Of a stretch of DNA of 64,000 bases, positions 19,529 to 29,036 are shown in pieces. The DNA lies in NCBI GenBank assembly GCA_038883775.1, contig JAVZLM010000007.1, positions 46,177 to 110,176 on the forward strand, read 5' to 3'. A program made the position numbers and the translations under genes. Numbering within the stretch: position 1 is the first letter of the stretch; the number at the start of each line of letters is the position of its first letter. The notes below the pieces were generated by a model. It was given only the letters and a program-made list of their open reading frames with translations. It made no database searches and was not told the origin of the DNA. The DNA comes from Candidatus Bathyarchaeia archaeon (GTDB lineage: Archaea; Thermoproteota; Bathyarchaeia; Bathyarchaeales; Bathycorpusculaceae).

Positions 19529-21151
19529 ATGTGGGATATATTGATAAAGGGTGGCAAAGTTGTCGATGGAAGCGGCAATCCATGGTTTAAAGCTGACGTA
19601 GCAATTAAAAATGGACGGATAGAAGATGTCGGCAGCTTAAATTCAAATTCTGCGGATGTTATCATAGACGCTACGAACATGGTGGTTTGTCCAGGTTTTA
19701 TAGACATGCACTCTCACTCCGACTTTGCCCTACTCGTAAATAGATTTGCTGAAGGCAAAGTAAGACAAGGAGTAACAACCGAAGTTATAGGAAACTGTGG
19801 AAATTCGGCAGCGCCTTTAAACGATGAACTAAGGAAGGACATTATGCGGGAGAACCCCATAATACAAGAAGCGGGAATCACGTTAAACTGGTCGAGAATG
19901 GAAGAGTTTTTCAAAATTTTAGAAAACCCTGGAATATCCATAAATGTGGCTGCGTTGGTTGGACATCAGAACATTCGAGTGCTCACGATGGGATACCAAA
20001 ACAAGCCTCCAACAGAAGAGGAACTGGAAGAGATGCGGAGGAATACGGAAGAAGCTATGAAAGCTGGAGCCTTCGGCTTATCGACTGGTCTCATTTACCC
20101 GCCCAGCAGTTACGCAGATACAAACGAGATAATAGAGTTGGCTAAAGTTGTGGCAAAATATGGTGGTATATACGCTTCCCACATTAGAGGCGAAGACGGA
20201 CCAAGACTCGCTAATTCTGTTAGGGAGGCAATTGAAATAGGCGAAAAGGCTGGTGTTTCGGTGGAAATTTCCCACCATAAGGCTCATGGAAAATTGGCTT
20301 GGGGCAAGGTTAAAACAACTTTGCAAATGATAGAAGAAGCCAGAGAAAGAGGCGTAGACGTAACTTGCGACGTTTATCCGTACACTGCAGCCAGCTTTGG
20401 ATTGAGCGCTATCCTTCCTCCAGAAGTTCACGAAGGCGGTGTTGACAAAATTTTGGAGAGACTTAGAGATGCGGAATGGCGCAAAAAAATTAGAGAAGAA
20501 ATGCTAAATGGAATGCCAAACTGGCCAAGCCCCTTCATAAGCGCCGGATGGGACGCCGTAATGATTTCACACTCGAAAAAGCATCCGGAGTATGAAGGAA
20601 AAATGATAAAAGAAATATGCGATTCGCTTAATATCGACCCATTTGAATTCGTTTTCGACCTATTAATTGAGGAGGAAGCTTCAACAGAGGTTGTAAGGTT
20701 TACAATGAGGGAGGGAGACGTTTGCACCGTTTTGAGCCATCCATTGTCGATGGTGGGTTCAGACGCATCTATTCAAGCAACATATGGCCTTCTCAGCAAA
20801 GGGAAACCCCATCCAAGAGCTTATGGAACATTTCCCAGAGTTATTAAGAGATATGTTAATGAATTTGGCATTTTAAGGCTTGAAGAAGCAATAAGAAAAA
20901 TGACTTCACTTCCAGCAAACAAGCTTAAACTGTTCGATAGAGGACTCATAAGAACTGGCATGTGGGCAGACATAGTAATTTTCAACCCAAGCGTTATATC
21001 AGATGAAGCTACTTATTCGGAGCCTCATCGCTATCCGAAAGGAATTGAGTATGTGATTGTTAATGGGAAAATTGTTATAGAACATGGAGAACACATGAAA
21101 GCCTTACCTGGAAAAGTTTTACGCCTTACCATGAAAAAGCATAGGAGGTGA
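19529..21151 (+). CDS. N-acyl-D-amino-acid deacylase (D-aminoacylase) family amidohydrolase
   Basis: 540 aa with N-terminal DILIKGGKVVDGSG and PGFIDMHSHSD metal-binding motifs. The C-terminal beta-domain is typical of D-aminoacylases. Confidence 0.82.
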   Translation: MWDILIKGGKVVDGSGNPWFKADVAIKNGRIEDVGSLNSNSADVIIDATNMVVCPGFIDMHSHSDFALLVNRFAEGKVRQGVTTEVIGNCGNSAAPLNDELRKDIMRENPIIQEAGITLNWSRMEEFFKILENPGISINVAALVGHQNIRVLTMGYQNKPPTEEELEEMRRNTEEAMKAGAFGLSTGLIYPPSSYADTNEIIELAKVVAKYGGIYASHIRGEDGPRLANSVREAIEIGEKAGVSVEISHHKAHGKLAWGKVKTTLQMIEEARERGVDVTCDVYPYTAASFGLSAILPPEVHEGGVDKILERLRDAEWRKKIREEMLNGMPNWPSPFISAGWDAVMISHSKKHPEYEGKMIKEICDSLNIDPFEFVFDLLIEEEASTEVVRFTMREGDVCTVLSHPLSMVGSDASIQATYGLLSKGKPHPRAYGTFPRVIKRYVNEFGILRLEEAIRKMTSLPANKLKLFDRGLIRTGMWADIVIFNPSVISDEATYSEPHRYPKGIEYVIVNGKIVIEHGEHMKALPGKVLRLTMKKHRR

Positions 21152-21156
21152 ACAAA

Positions 21157-22407
21157 ATGGAGAAAAAGAAAGAAGAAACAATTTACATAAAAGCGAAACT
21201 CCTCATCGACGGCACAGGAAAAGACCCCATAACTAATCCGGTGGTTACCGTTAAAGGAGACAAAATCAGCGAAGTCGGGAAAGAAGGAGAAATTGGAATA
21301 GTTGAAGGCGCAAAAATTGTTGATTTGGGAGATTTAACACTTTTGCCTGGACTAACGGATGCTCATGTTCACATAATGGGAGACAGAAGCTACAGTCCAG
21401 CCGAGGACATAATAGTTCCCCACGACCTCAAAGTCATTAGAGCTGTTGAAGACTGCCAAAAACTTCTAAAAGCAGGATTCACAATGATGAGAGATGTCGG
21501 AAGCTCCATAGCCTTATCACTTAAGAGGGCAATTAACGAAGGAACCATCATCGGGCCAAGAATATTTGCAGCTGGAAGAACTATTTCGCAGACGGGCGGA
21601 CATTCAGACCTTCATTACCTTCCAAGAGAGGAAGTTATAAAAATGGGTGTTTTACTGGCTGACGGCCCGGATGACTGCCGTCGTGCTGCCAGAGAAGCAC
21701 TGCGAGATGGAGCAGATTTGATAAAAATAATGTCGACTGGTGGTGTGGGCTCGGAGAAGGATGACCCGCATCACCCACAATTTACTGTGGAAGAGGTGAA
21801 GGCTATAACTGAAGAGGCTCACAGAACTGGAAGAAAAGTTGCCTCTCACGCTCAAGGGGCGGAGGGTGTAAAAATTGCAATTGCTGGAGGAGTTGACTCT
21901 ATTGAACATGGCTATTTCTTGGATGAAGAGGCTGTGCAGATGATGCTTGAGCATAAGGTTTTCTTTGTGCCAACTCTATGTCTAGTAGAAGTTTACAAGA
22001 AATCATTAGAAAAACCCTTAGACATGCCTCCTTGGAGACTTAGAAAACAACAAGAATGCATAGATGCCATGCCAAAAAGCTTCATGATGGCTTATAAGGC
22101 TGGAGTAAAAATCGCTACAGGAACAGACTTTTTCGGACCTCCAATGAGAGCCCATGGAGATAATGCTGCAGAACCCATAACTATGGTTAAGTTTGGTATG
22201 GCGCCTATGGATGCAATAGTGGCTGCTACAAAAAATGCTGCTGAATGCATAGGAATCGAAAAAAGCGTTGGTACAGTGGAGAAGGGAAAACTTGCAGATA
22301 TAATAGCAGTGCAAGGCAACCCGCTTATAGACATTGAGGCTCTTAAGAAAGTAGAATTTGTCATGAAAGAAGGGGTAATCTACAAGAAGCCACAATCAAC
22401 CACATAA
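21157..22407 (+). CDS. metal-dependent amidohydrolase (imidazolonepropionase/prolidase-related superfamily)
   Basis: LPGLTDAHVHI motif. The ATG at 21157 is preceded by GGAGG lying inside the end of the upstream gene; an alternative GTG is at 21148. Confidence 0.75.
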   Translation: MEKKKEETIYIKAKLLIDGTGKDPITNPVVTVKGDKISEVGKEGEIGIVEGAKIVDLGDLTLLPGLTDAHVHIMGDRSYSPAEDIIVPHDLKVIRAVEDCQKLLKAGFTMMRDVGSSIALSLKRAINEGTIIGPRIFAAGRTISQTGGHSDLHYLPREEVIKMGVLLADGPDDCRRAAREALRDGADLIKIMSTGGVGSEKDDPHHPQFTVEEVKAITEEAHRTGRKVASHAQGAEGVKIAIAGGVDSIEHGYFLDEEAVQMMLEHKVFFVPTLCLVEVYKKSLEKPLDMPPWRLRKQQECIDAMPKSFMMAYKAGVKIATGTDFFGPPMRAHGDNAAEPITMVKFGMAPMDAIVAATKNAAECIGIEKSVGTVEKGKLADIIAVQGNPLIDIEALKKVEFVMKEGVIYKKPQSTT

Positions 22408-22411
22408 AAGC

Positions 22412-23500
22412 CTATAGATTCAGGCTTTTTCCAAAAATTTGAGGCGTCTCCACATCAACGTTCCACCATGGACTACTCCATTTCTTCTCCACCTTTGGCA
22501 CAGCATCCAAGACGTTTTGGATGCGGGAGAAAATTTTTGTAATATCCGCCTTTGAGAATCCTACCTCTTGAAGAGCTGCCTCATTTCTTAGTATGTTTTC
22601 TAGATTAAGTTGAAAGGTTAGGGCGAACTTCTTATCTTTTTCGAGAGTTTTGCGCATTTTGTCTGGGTTTATGTTGTTTTTCTCGTTGCCAATTTCATGG
22701 TCAAAGAATAATGCGCATATGTCCTTCACGTCTTTCTCTTCTATGCCCACCAAAAGGCGGTCACTTCTATAATGGGGGTAGTTGAGAATTCGATATTCCA
22801 TATGCTGACGGGCGAGTTCGTCTCGGGCGGAGATGGGCACGTCAAAGATGAATTGACACTTGGAAAGGATGACATTTTCAATGCCTATTGTATACAAGTT
22901 TTCTTTTTGAAAGTTGAATTCTTCGCGGACGTCAACTTTGTGTCTAAGGTCCACAGCATCTGTAAATATATCAAGAACCCCGCATTCTAGCGAACCGTCT
23001 TGAAGGATTTTTTCGATTGTTCTAACGCGATAGCGTTTTCCAGCCCTCATTGCGTTAAATCTGCAGTCGGAACGAGCTGCGAAATGGTGATATCTTGTCC
23101 CGCAAATTTCACTGAGCGATAATAATAATTTGTATAGGTCTTGGGCGCGGTTTTTAGGAGCAATAAGGTCTATGTCATTTAATTGGCGGAAGAAGGGGCT
23201 TGAGGGTTTGTTTGCGCTAGGGGATAACATGCGAACTGCTGCTCCGCCAAAGAATAATGTTGGTATGGGTTCTTTGATGGGCTTTTGAAGAGGTGCTGTT
23301 GGAAAAAGCTCCTTTATTCTGTGAGCGTTAAGTCCAGCCCAAACGGTGACTAAACCTCTTTCCATGGTGAAACTTGATTTGTCAACATAATCTGGTATCT
23401 CAAGGCTTTTTCTAATAGTTTCGTAGTTGACTTTTGAAGTTAATGGCGTTTCAACTTCGTAAGTTGTGCCATCATAGTCTTTGAAGAGGATACAGCGCAC
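22412..23500 (-). CDS. hypothetical protein, possible nucleotidyltransferase (Pol-beta-like) fold
   Basis: 362 aa. FFGGAAVRML...NDIDLIAP resembles the G[GS]...DxD NTase signature, with a later acidic residue in GVLDIFTD. Assignment is tentative. Confidence 0.5.
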   Translation of the reverse strand: MRCILFKDYDGTTYEVETPLTSKVNYETIRKSLEIPDYVDKSSFTMERGLVTVWAGLNAHRIKELFPTAPLQKPIKEPIPTLFFGGAAVRMLSPSANKPSSPFFRQLNDIDLIAPKNRAQDLYKLLLSLSEICGTRYHHFAARSDCRFNAMRAGKRYRVRTIEKILQDGSLECGVLDIFTDAVDLRHKVDVREEFNFQKENLYTIGIENVILSKCQFIFDVPISARDELARQHMEYRILNYPHYRSDRLLVGIEEKDVKDICALFFDHEIGNEKNNINPDKMRKTLEKDKKFALTFQLNLENILRNEAALQEVGFSKADITKIFSRIQNVLDAVPKVEKKWSSPWWNVDVETPQIFGKSLNL

Positions 23501-23635
23501 TGTTAAGTTTCCCCAAACATTACAATAAGGGAGAAAACAGAAAAAGTTATTGGTAAAGTCTTAAGGCAATTTTTCCATAAAGTATATTTTGCTGAAAATT
23601 CTCATTAAAACTAAAAGTTTGGAGATGAAAAAGGG

Positions 23636-24577
23636 TTGCTGAAACTTTTCTTCGCATCAGACGTTCATGGAAGCGACATTTGTTGGAAGAAGTTTTTAAG
23701 GGTAATTGAACATTTTAAGGTTGACATTGCAATTTTGGGTGGGGATTTAACTGGAAAAATGGTTATACCAATGATTAGGGAGGGCAATGAGTATTCATAT
23801 GAAATTTTTGGGAGACATATTAAAATTACGGCAAATCAGCTTCAAGAAGAAAGTACAAAAATAGCCAATTCTGGTTACTATCCCTATCCATGCGAAAAAG
23901 AAGAAGTTGAGCGCTTAAATAATGACCCCCAAGCCCAAAAAGACCTTTTCAACCGTCTTATGGTGGAACGCATGCAACAGTGGATGGATCTTGCCTCTGA
24001 AAAATTTAAGGGAAAATCCATGCTTTACGTTTCGCCTGGTAATGACGACCGCTTGGTTGTTGATGAAATTCTTGAAAAGAGCGATTCAGTGGTTGCATGC
24101 GAAATGAAGCTTGTCCATCTTCCAGACGAATATGAGATGGTTTCATGCGGCTGGGTCAATCCGACGCCTTGGAAAACAACAAGGGAAGCACCAGACGAGA
24201 AACTTGAACCCATGTTAGAGGGATTAATGGCTAAAGCAGAAAATTATGAGAAGCTCATATGCAACTTTCATGCACCACCGTACAATTCTGGGCTTGACAC
24301 AGCTCCGAGATTAAAGGAAGATTTTTCAGTTAGAGTTCGCTTCGGGGGTGGAGTGGATTTGGCGCCAATGGGCAGCAAAGCTGTTAGGCATATGATAGAG
24401 AAGTATAAGCCTCTTTTGGGGTTGCATGGGCATATACATGAGTCTGCTGGTTTCAAAAGGTTTAGTAGGACACTATGCGTTAACCCTGGTTCTGAATATG
24501 CGGAAGGCATTTTGCGGGGTTACATTGTTTTCTTGAGCGGGAACAAGGTTCAGGGACACTGGAGGGTGGCTTGTTAA
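23636..24577 (+). CDS. calcineurin-like metallophosphoesterase
   Basis: Motifs FFASDVHGS, ILGGDLTGK, SPGNDD and GLHGHIHES. TTG start. Confidence 0.8.
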   Translation: MLKLFFASDVHGSDICWKKFLRVIEHFKVDIAILGGDLTGKMVIPMIREGNEYSYEIFGRHIKITANQLQEESTKIANSGYYPYPCEKEEVERLNNDPQAQKDLFNRLMVERMQQWMDLASEKFKGKSMLYVSPGNDDRLVVDEILEKSDSVVACEMKLVHLPDEYEMVSCGWVNPTPWKTTREAPDEKLEPMLEGLMAKAENYEKLICNFHAPPYNSGLDTAPRLKEDFSVRVRFGGGVDLAPMGSKAVRHMIEKYKPLLGLHGHIHESAGFKRFSRTLCVNPGSEYAEGILRGYIVFLSGNKVQGHWRVAC

Positions 24578-24638
24578 TTCTTGATTAAATATTAGATTTT
24601 CTAAAAAATTGCATAGAAAGTGAACTTTTTAAAAAAGG

Positions 24639-24660
24639 CTTATAAACATATAAATATAAT
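24639..24660 (+). promoter_or_regulatory. putative TATA box region for the APC permease gene
   Basis: cttataaacatataaatataat lies ~35-50 nt upstream of the TTG start. A GGAGAGGGG Shine-Dalgarno-like element sits at 24678..24686. Confidence 0.35.
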
Positions 24661-24691
24661 GAAAAAATTGTGCAAATAGGAGAGGGGAAAA

Positions 24692-26284
24692 TTGTCTAAA
24701 GCAACTTTTGTAAGAGAAGCCACTGGGCTTGTCAGAGAATTCGGTCCAATGATGGCACTAATGATGGCAATGAACAACATGATAGGCGCAGGAATCTGGG
24801 GACTATCAATAAGAATGCCATACACCTACCCAGGCTCAGACCCCACCCTAGCCTTCATAATCGGACTTATTCCAGCCTTCTTCTTCGCCATATCCTACGC
24901 ATGGCTAGCCTCCTGCATGCCAAGGGCTGGAGGAGACTACGTTTTCATCTCGAGAACCACAAACCCAGCACTCGGATACGTTGTAACGATAGGAAACTTT
25001 CTAGGCAGATGGTTCTCAATAGGATTCCTACTATATACGGATGTAACTTTATGGGCTATCGCCTTTAGAATGCTTGGAAAAGGAACAGGCAATACTGCCC
25101 TTGCTGATTTTGGATCCTGGCTTGCCGCTGCTGACCCCACAATAAAAATTGCTTGCGCACTGTTTCTGCTTTTCACTGTGTGGTTGTTTTTGACGATTGG
25201 AGGAAAAGCATTCAAAGCTTATACAGCAATAATATGGCTTATTCCCATAATAGGCGCACTAGCTTGCATAGCTCTAAACTACGCAAACCCATTCAACCCC
25301 GCATCCTTCCAAAGCACATGGGATGCGGTCTGGGGCATCGGATCTTACAACGAAATTGTTTCGATTGCTCAAAAATACAATTATAGTCCCACAGCACCGA
25401 ATTTCGATGCTACAATTCGAGCAGTTGCAGGAGCAGCCCTTTTCGCCTATTCTGGATTCCACAATCCTGCTCAATGGTCTGGTGAGATAAAAAACCCGAA
25501 AAGGAACTTGTTGATCGGAATAATAGGAGGCACTCTCATCACAGCCGTCATATATATAACTTTGGCAAATTCTGCGTTTTACGCTGGAGGAGAGTTTATT
25601 TCAAAGTATAACTGGGCATACTATAAGGGTACAGCATCAGACTTCGTAATCACTCCTAGAATTGAACCAGTTTTGCCAATGTTCGGTGTTATCTTCGCTG
25701 GAGGAAACGTCCTTCTAGCATTTTTGATAGCTACAGCTGGCGCCTTCAGCCTTTACCACGTAAATCCTGCCGCTTTAATGATGGAAACTAGACGTGTATT
25801 CTCTTTGGCTTTTGACAGGCTGTTTCCAGAAAGGTTCGCTGATGTTAGCGAAAGATTCCATACGCCAACTTGGGCAATATTGTTCATGGTGATTGGTGGA
25901 GCCATAGGCATAATCATTTCTTCACCAGTTTTGGGTCCGCTGAGAACTTTGGCGGGTGGAATTAATGCAACTTTCATGTATTTGCTTGGCTATTTGTTCA
26001 CTGGACTTGCTTTGGCTTTGTTGCCGATAACTAAGCCTGAAATTTACGAAAGCATTAAGGTTGAGGTTGCTGGAGTACCAGTTCCAGCCATATGCGGTGT
26101 TGCTGCTTTTGCTTTGGGCATATTCTTCTTCGCCGCAAACGCCCAAGTCATGGCGCCACTGGACATTTTCATATCTTGTCTCGTTTTAGGAATAGGCTTG
26201 GCGCTATACATTTACTACGCTTACAAGAACAAGAAAATGGGCATAGACCTGAAAACACTACTTAGCGAAATACCACCAGAGTAG
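24692..26284 (+). CDS. APC-superfamily amino acid permease
   Basis: 530 aa with about 12+ TM helices. The N-terminal region MMAMNNMIGAGIWGL is typical of APC transporters. Confidence 0.82.
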   Translation: MSKATFVREATGLVREFGPMMALMMAMNNMIGAGIWGLSIRMPYTYPGSDPTLAFIIGLIPAFFFAISYAWLASCMPRAGGDYVFISRTTNPALGYVVTIGNFLGRWFSIGFLLYTDVTLWAIAFRMLGKGTGNTALADFGSWLAAADPTIKIACALFLLFTVWLFLTIGGKAFKAYTAIIWLIPIIGALACIALNYANPFNPASFQSTWDAVWGIGSYNEIVSIAQKYNYSPTAPNFDATIRAVAGAALFAYSGFHNPAQWSGEIKNPKRNLLIGIIGGTLITAVIYITLANSAFYAGGEFISKYNWAYYKGTASDFVITPRIEPVLPMFGVIFAGGNVLLAFLIATAGAFSLYHVNPAALMMETRRVFSLAFDRLFPERFADVSERFHTPTWAILFMVIGGAIGIIISSPVLGPLRTLAGGINATFMYLLGYLFTGLALALLPITKPEIYESIKVEVAGVPVPAICGVAAFALGIFFFAANAQVMAPLDIFISCLVLGIGLALYIYYAYKNKKMGIDLKTLLSEIPPE

Positions 26285-26317
26285 CCCGCTTTCATTTCCA
26301 CTTTTTTCTTATTGTTG

Positions 26318-26509
26318 CTATGGTCCAGTGAAGCCGCATTTTGGACATTTATAGGGGCGCCCAAACTTTCGGCATTTTCCACAACGCCTTATGAGGATTT
26401 CTCCACAGTTCGGGCATAGAAATTTTGTGGCTTCTTCTCCTGGAGCTATGGGTTTGCCACAGCTTGTGCATGTTACGAGGGCTAGGGTTGTTTTTTCTGC
26501 CATGATCAT
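26318..26509 (-). CDS. zinc-ribbon protein (double CxxC ribbons)
   Basis: 63 aa with CTSCGK...CPNCGE...CGKCRK...CPKCGF. It resembles small archaeal Zn-ribbon RNA-binding proteins. Confidence 0.7.
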   Translation of the reverse strand: MIMAEKTTLALVTCTSCGKPIAPGEEATKFLCPNCGEILIRRCGKCRKFGRPYKCPKCGFTGP

Positions 26510-26610
26510 TCCTCATTGATAGCTTTTGTATTTGTAATGCTTCCTTATATTTTGTGTGTTTTTCGCAAGTTTATTATTATAGTCTTATGCTATATTTTCA
26601 CGGGGTTGTT

Positions 26611-27645
26611 TTGGGAGTAAACCTTCGGGATTTGGTTCCTAAAAAAATTGTTAGACTTGAGGATTTAAGCGGAAAATCCATAGCCATAGACGCTTATAAT
26701 GCATTATATCAGTTTTTGGCTATAATCCGCCAGCCAGACGGCACACCGCTAAAAGATACTATGGGAAGAATTACAAGCCACTTAAGCGGTCTCCTTTATA
26801 GAACAAGTAACCTTGTGGAAATGGGAATAAAACCAATCTACGTTTTTGATGGGACACCGCCCACGCTTAAGGAAGTGGAAATAAAGAGGCGCATGAAAGC
26901 AAAAGAGGAAGCCCTAATAAAATATGAACAAGCCATAAAAGAGGGCAAAATAGAAGAAGCTCGAATGTATGCGCAAGCAACATCCCGCCTAAAAGATTAC
27001 ATGGCAGAAGACAGCAAAAAACTCTTGGATTTGATGGGAATTCCATGGATTCAAGCACCAAGCGAAGGTGAAGCCCAAGCAGCGCATCTAGTAAAACTTG
27101 GAGATGCCGATTACTGTGCAAGTCAAGACTATGACAGTTTGCTTTTTGGCGCCCCGAGGCTTGTGAGAAACGTGACGATTTCTGGACGGCGAAAGCTTCC
27201 AAGCAAAAATGTTTACATTGAAGTTATTCCAGAAGTTGTGGAGTTGGAAAGTGTTCTGCGAGAGTGCGATATAACTTATGAACAGTTAATTGATGTGGGT
27301 ATACTCATTGGAACGGACTTTAATCCAGACGGCATTAAGGGTTTGGGACCGAAAACTGCCTTAAAACTGATAAAAGAGCATGGAAATATTGAGAATGCCA
27401 TGCCATATTTGAAAAATGCGGAGTTTCCAGTTGAACCTCAAAGAATTAGGGAAATCTTTCTCCATCCAAAAGTTACGGATAACTATAAAATAGAATGGAA
27501 AGAACCAGACGTGGAAGGCATTGTAAACTTCATTTGTAGAGAAAGAGACTTTTCAGAAGACCGGGTTAGAAAGGCAGTGGAGAAAATGCAGAAGGGCATA
27601 ACAAAACAAAAGGGAAAAACGACGCTGGAAGAGTGGTTTAGATAG
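26611..27645 (+). CDS. fen: flap endonuclease 1
   Basis: ORF 26554..27645 trimmed to the TTG giving (M)GVNLRDLVPKK...IAIDAYNALYQFL. It has XPG-N/XPG-I blocks and a C-terminal PCNA-interaction-like TLEEWF. Confidence 0.92.
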   Translation: MGVNLRDLVPKKIVRLEDLSGKSIAIDAYNALYQFLAIIRQPDGTPLKDTMGRITSHLSGLLYRTSNLVEMGIKPIYVFDGTPPTLKEVEIKRRMKAKEEALIKYEQAIKEGKIEEARMYAQATSRLKDYMAEDSKKLLDLMGIPWIQAPSEGEAQAAHLVKLGDADYCASQDYDSLLFGAPRLVRNVTISGRRKLPSKNVYIEVIPEVVELESVLRECDITYEQLIDVGILIGTDFNPDGIKGLGPKTALKLIKEHGNIENAMPYLKNAEFPVEPQRIREIFLHPKVTDNYKIEWKEPDVEGIVNFICRERDFSEDRVRKAVEKMQKGITKQKGKTTLEEWFR

Positions 27646-27732
27646 TTTCTGATAATAAGATTGTACGGCTAAATGGAAATCTTTAACTTGAGATGACATC
27701 AATAAAAGGAATTCTTTAAAAGGTGAAGATTC

Positions 27733-29034
27733 ATGGAGAAAAATCAAATAAACCTCCCAATCGACGAACTTCCCAAAAAATGGTACAACATAATACCAGA
27801 TTTGCCTGAACCATTACCACCACCAAAAGAACCAGAAACTGGTCCATCACGCATGGAATTTCTCGGAAAAACCATGGTGCATGAATGCCTAAGGCAAGAG
27901 ATGTCAAATGAAAGGTGGATTCCAATACCAGAAGAAATAAGAGAATTATACATTCAAGCTGGACGCCCCCGCCCCCTTTACAGAGCCAAAAGATTAGAAA
28001 AATATTTGAAACTAAAGAAAGTCAGACTTTATTATAAACGGGAAGACTTGTCGCCAACAGGCTCTCACAAAGTTAATACAGCGTTAGCCCAAGCTTACTA
28101 TGCGGCGAAAGAAGGAAAAACAACATTAGTCACAGAAACAGGAGCCGGACAATGGGGAAGTGCGCTTTCTTATGCAGCGGCAATTATGGGGCTTAGGTGT
28201 GTGATTTTTTGGGTTAGAGCCGTATATAACTGGAAGACGGATAGGCGCACTTTAATGAAACTTATGGGAGCAGAAGTCCATGCTTCTCCAAGCAAAGAAA
28301 CAAACATTGGGAGAACACTTTTGGCTAAGGATTTGAACCATCAAGGGTCTTTAGGCATAGCCGTCTCAGAAGGCTTGGAATATGCGGAAACCCATGAAGA
28401 AAGCGTTTATTGCCTCGGCTCTGTTCTAAATCATGTTCTAATACATCAGTCAATCATTGGTTTGGAAGCAATAAAACAGTTTGAAATTGCCGATGACTCT
28501 CCAGACTTTATTATTGGCTGTTTGGGCGGAGGTTCAAACTTCGGCGGAATAGCTCTACCCTTTGCCGGCGAAGTTCTACAGAAAAAGCGCCACTGCGAAT
28601 TTTTGGCAGCCCAGTCAGAAGCAGCACCAAACCTTGTTAAAGGCGAATACCGTTATGATTTCGGCGACATAGCAGAACATACGCCTTTATTAAAAATGTA
28701 TACGCTTGGACACAAAACGGAAATGGTGCCCATAAAGGCTGATGGTTTACGTTATCATGCCGCCGCGCCACTCATAAGCGTTCTTAGACATAATAACATA
28801 GTAAAAGCCGTAGCTTATCCAGCAGATGAAAAAGCAATTTTTGAGGCAGCAAGAATTTTCTTACAAACTGAAGGCTGGCTCGCAGCGCCAGAATCCAGCT
28901 ACGCCATACGTGCGGCAATAGACGAGGCTTTAAAGGCTGAAAGAGCAGGCGAAGAAAAGGTCATATGCATGAACATAAGCGGCCATGGATTTTTAGATTT
29001 GCAAGCCTATAAAGAAAAACTTTCAATAGGATAA
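27733..29034 (+). CDS. trpB2: tryptophan synthase beta-like protein, TrpB2 class
   Basis: 433 aa with N-terminal LPKKWYNIIPDLPEPLPPP and the PLP lysine block EDLSPTGSHKVNTA. Confidence 0.85.
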   Translation: MEKNQINLPIDELPKKWYNIIPDLPEPLPPPKEPETGPSRMEFLGKTMVHECLRQEMSNERWIPIPEEIRELYIQAGRPRPLYRAKRLEKYLKLKKVRLYYKREDLSPTGSHKVNTALAQAYYAAKEGKTTLVTETGAGQWGSALSYAAAIMGLRCVIFWVRAVYNWKTDRRTLMKLMGAEVHASPSKETNIGRTLLAKDLNHQGSLGIAVSEGLEYAETHEESVYCLGSVLNHVLIHQSIIGLEAIKQFEIADDSPDFIIGCLGGGSNFGGIALPFAGEVLQKKRHCEFLAAQSEAAPNLVKGEYRYDFGDIAEHTPLLKMYTLGHKTEMVPIKADGLRYHAAAPLISVLRHNNIVKAVAYPADEKAIFEAARIFLQTEGWLAAPESSYAIRAAIDEALKAERAGEEKVICMNISGHGFLDLQAYKEKLSIG

Positions 29035-29036
29035 GC

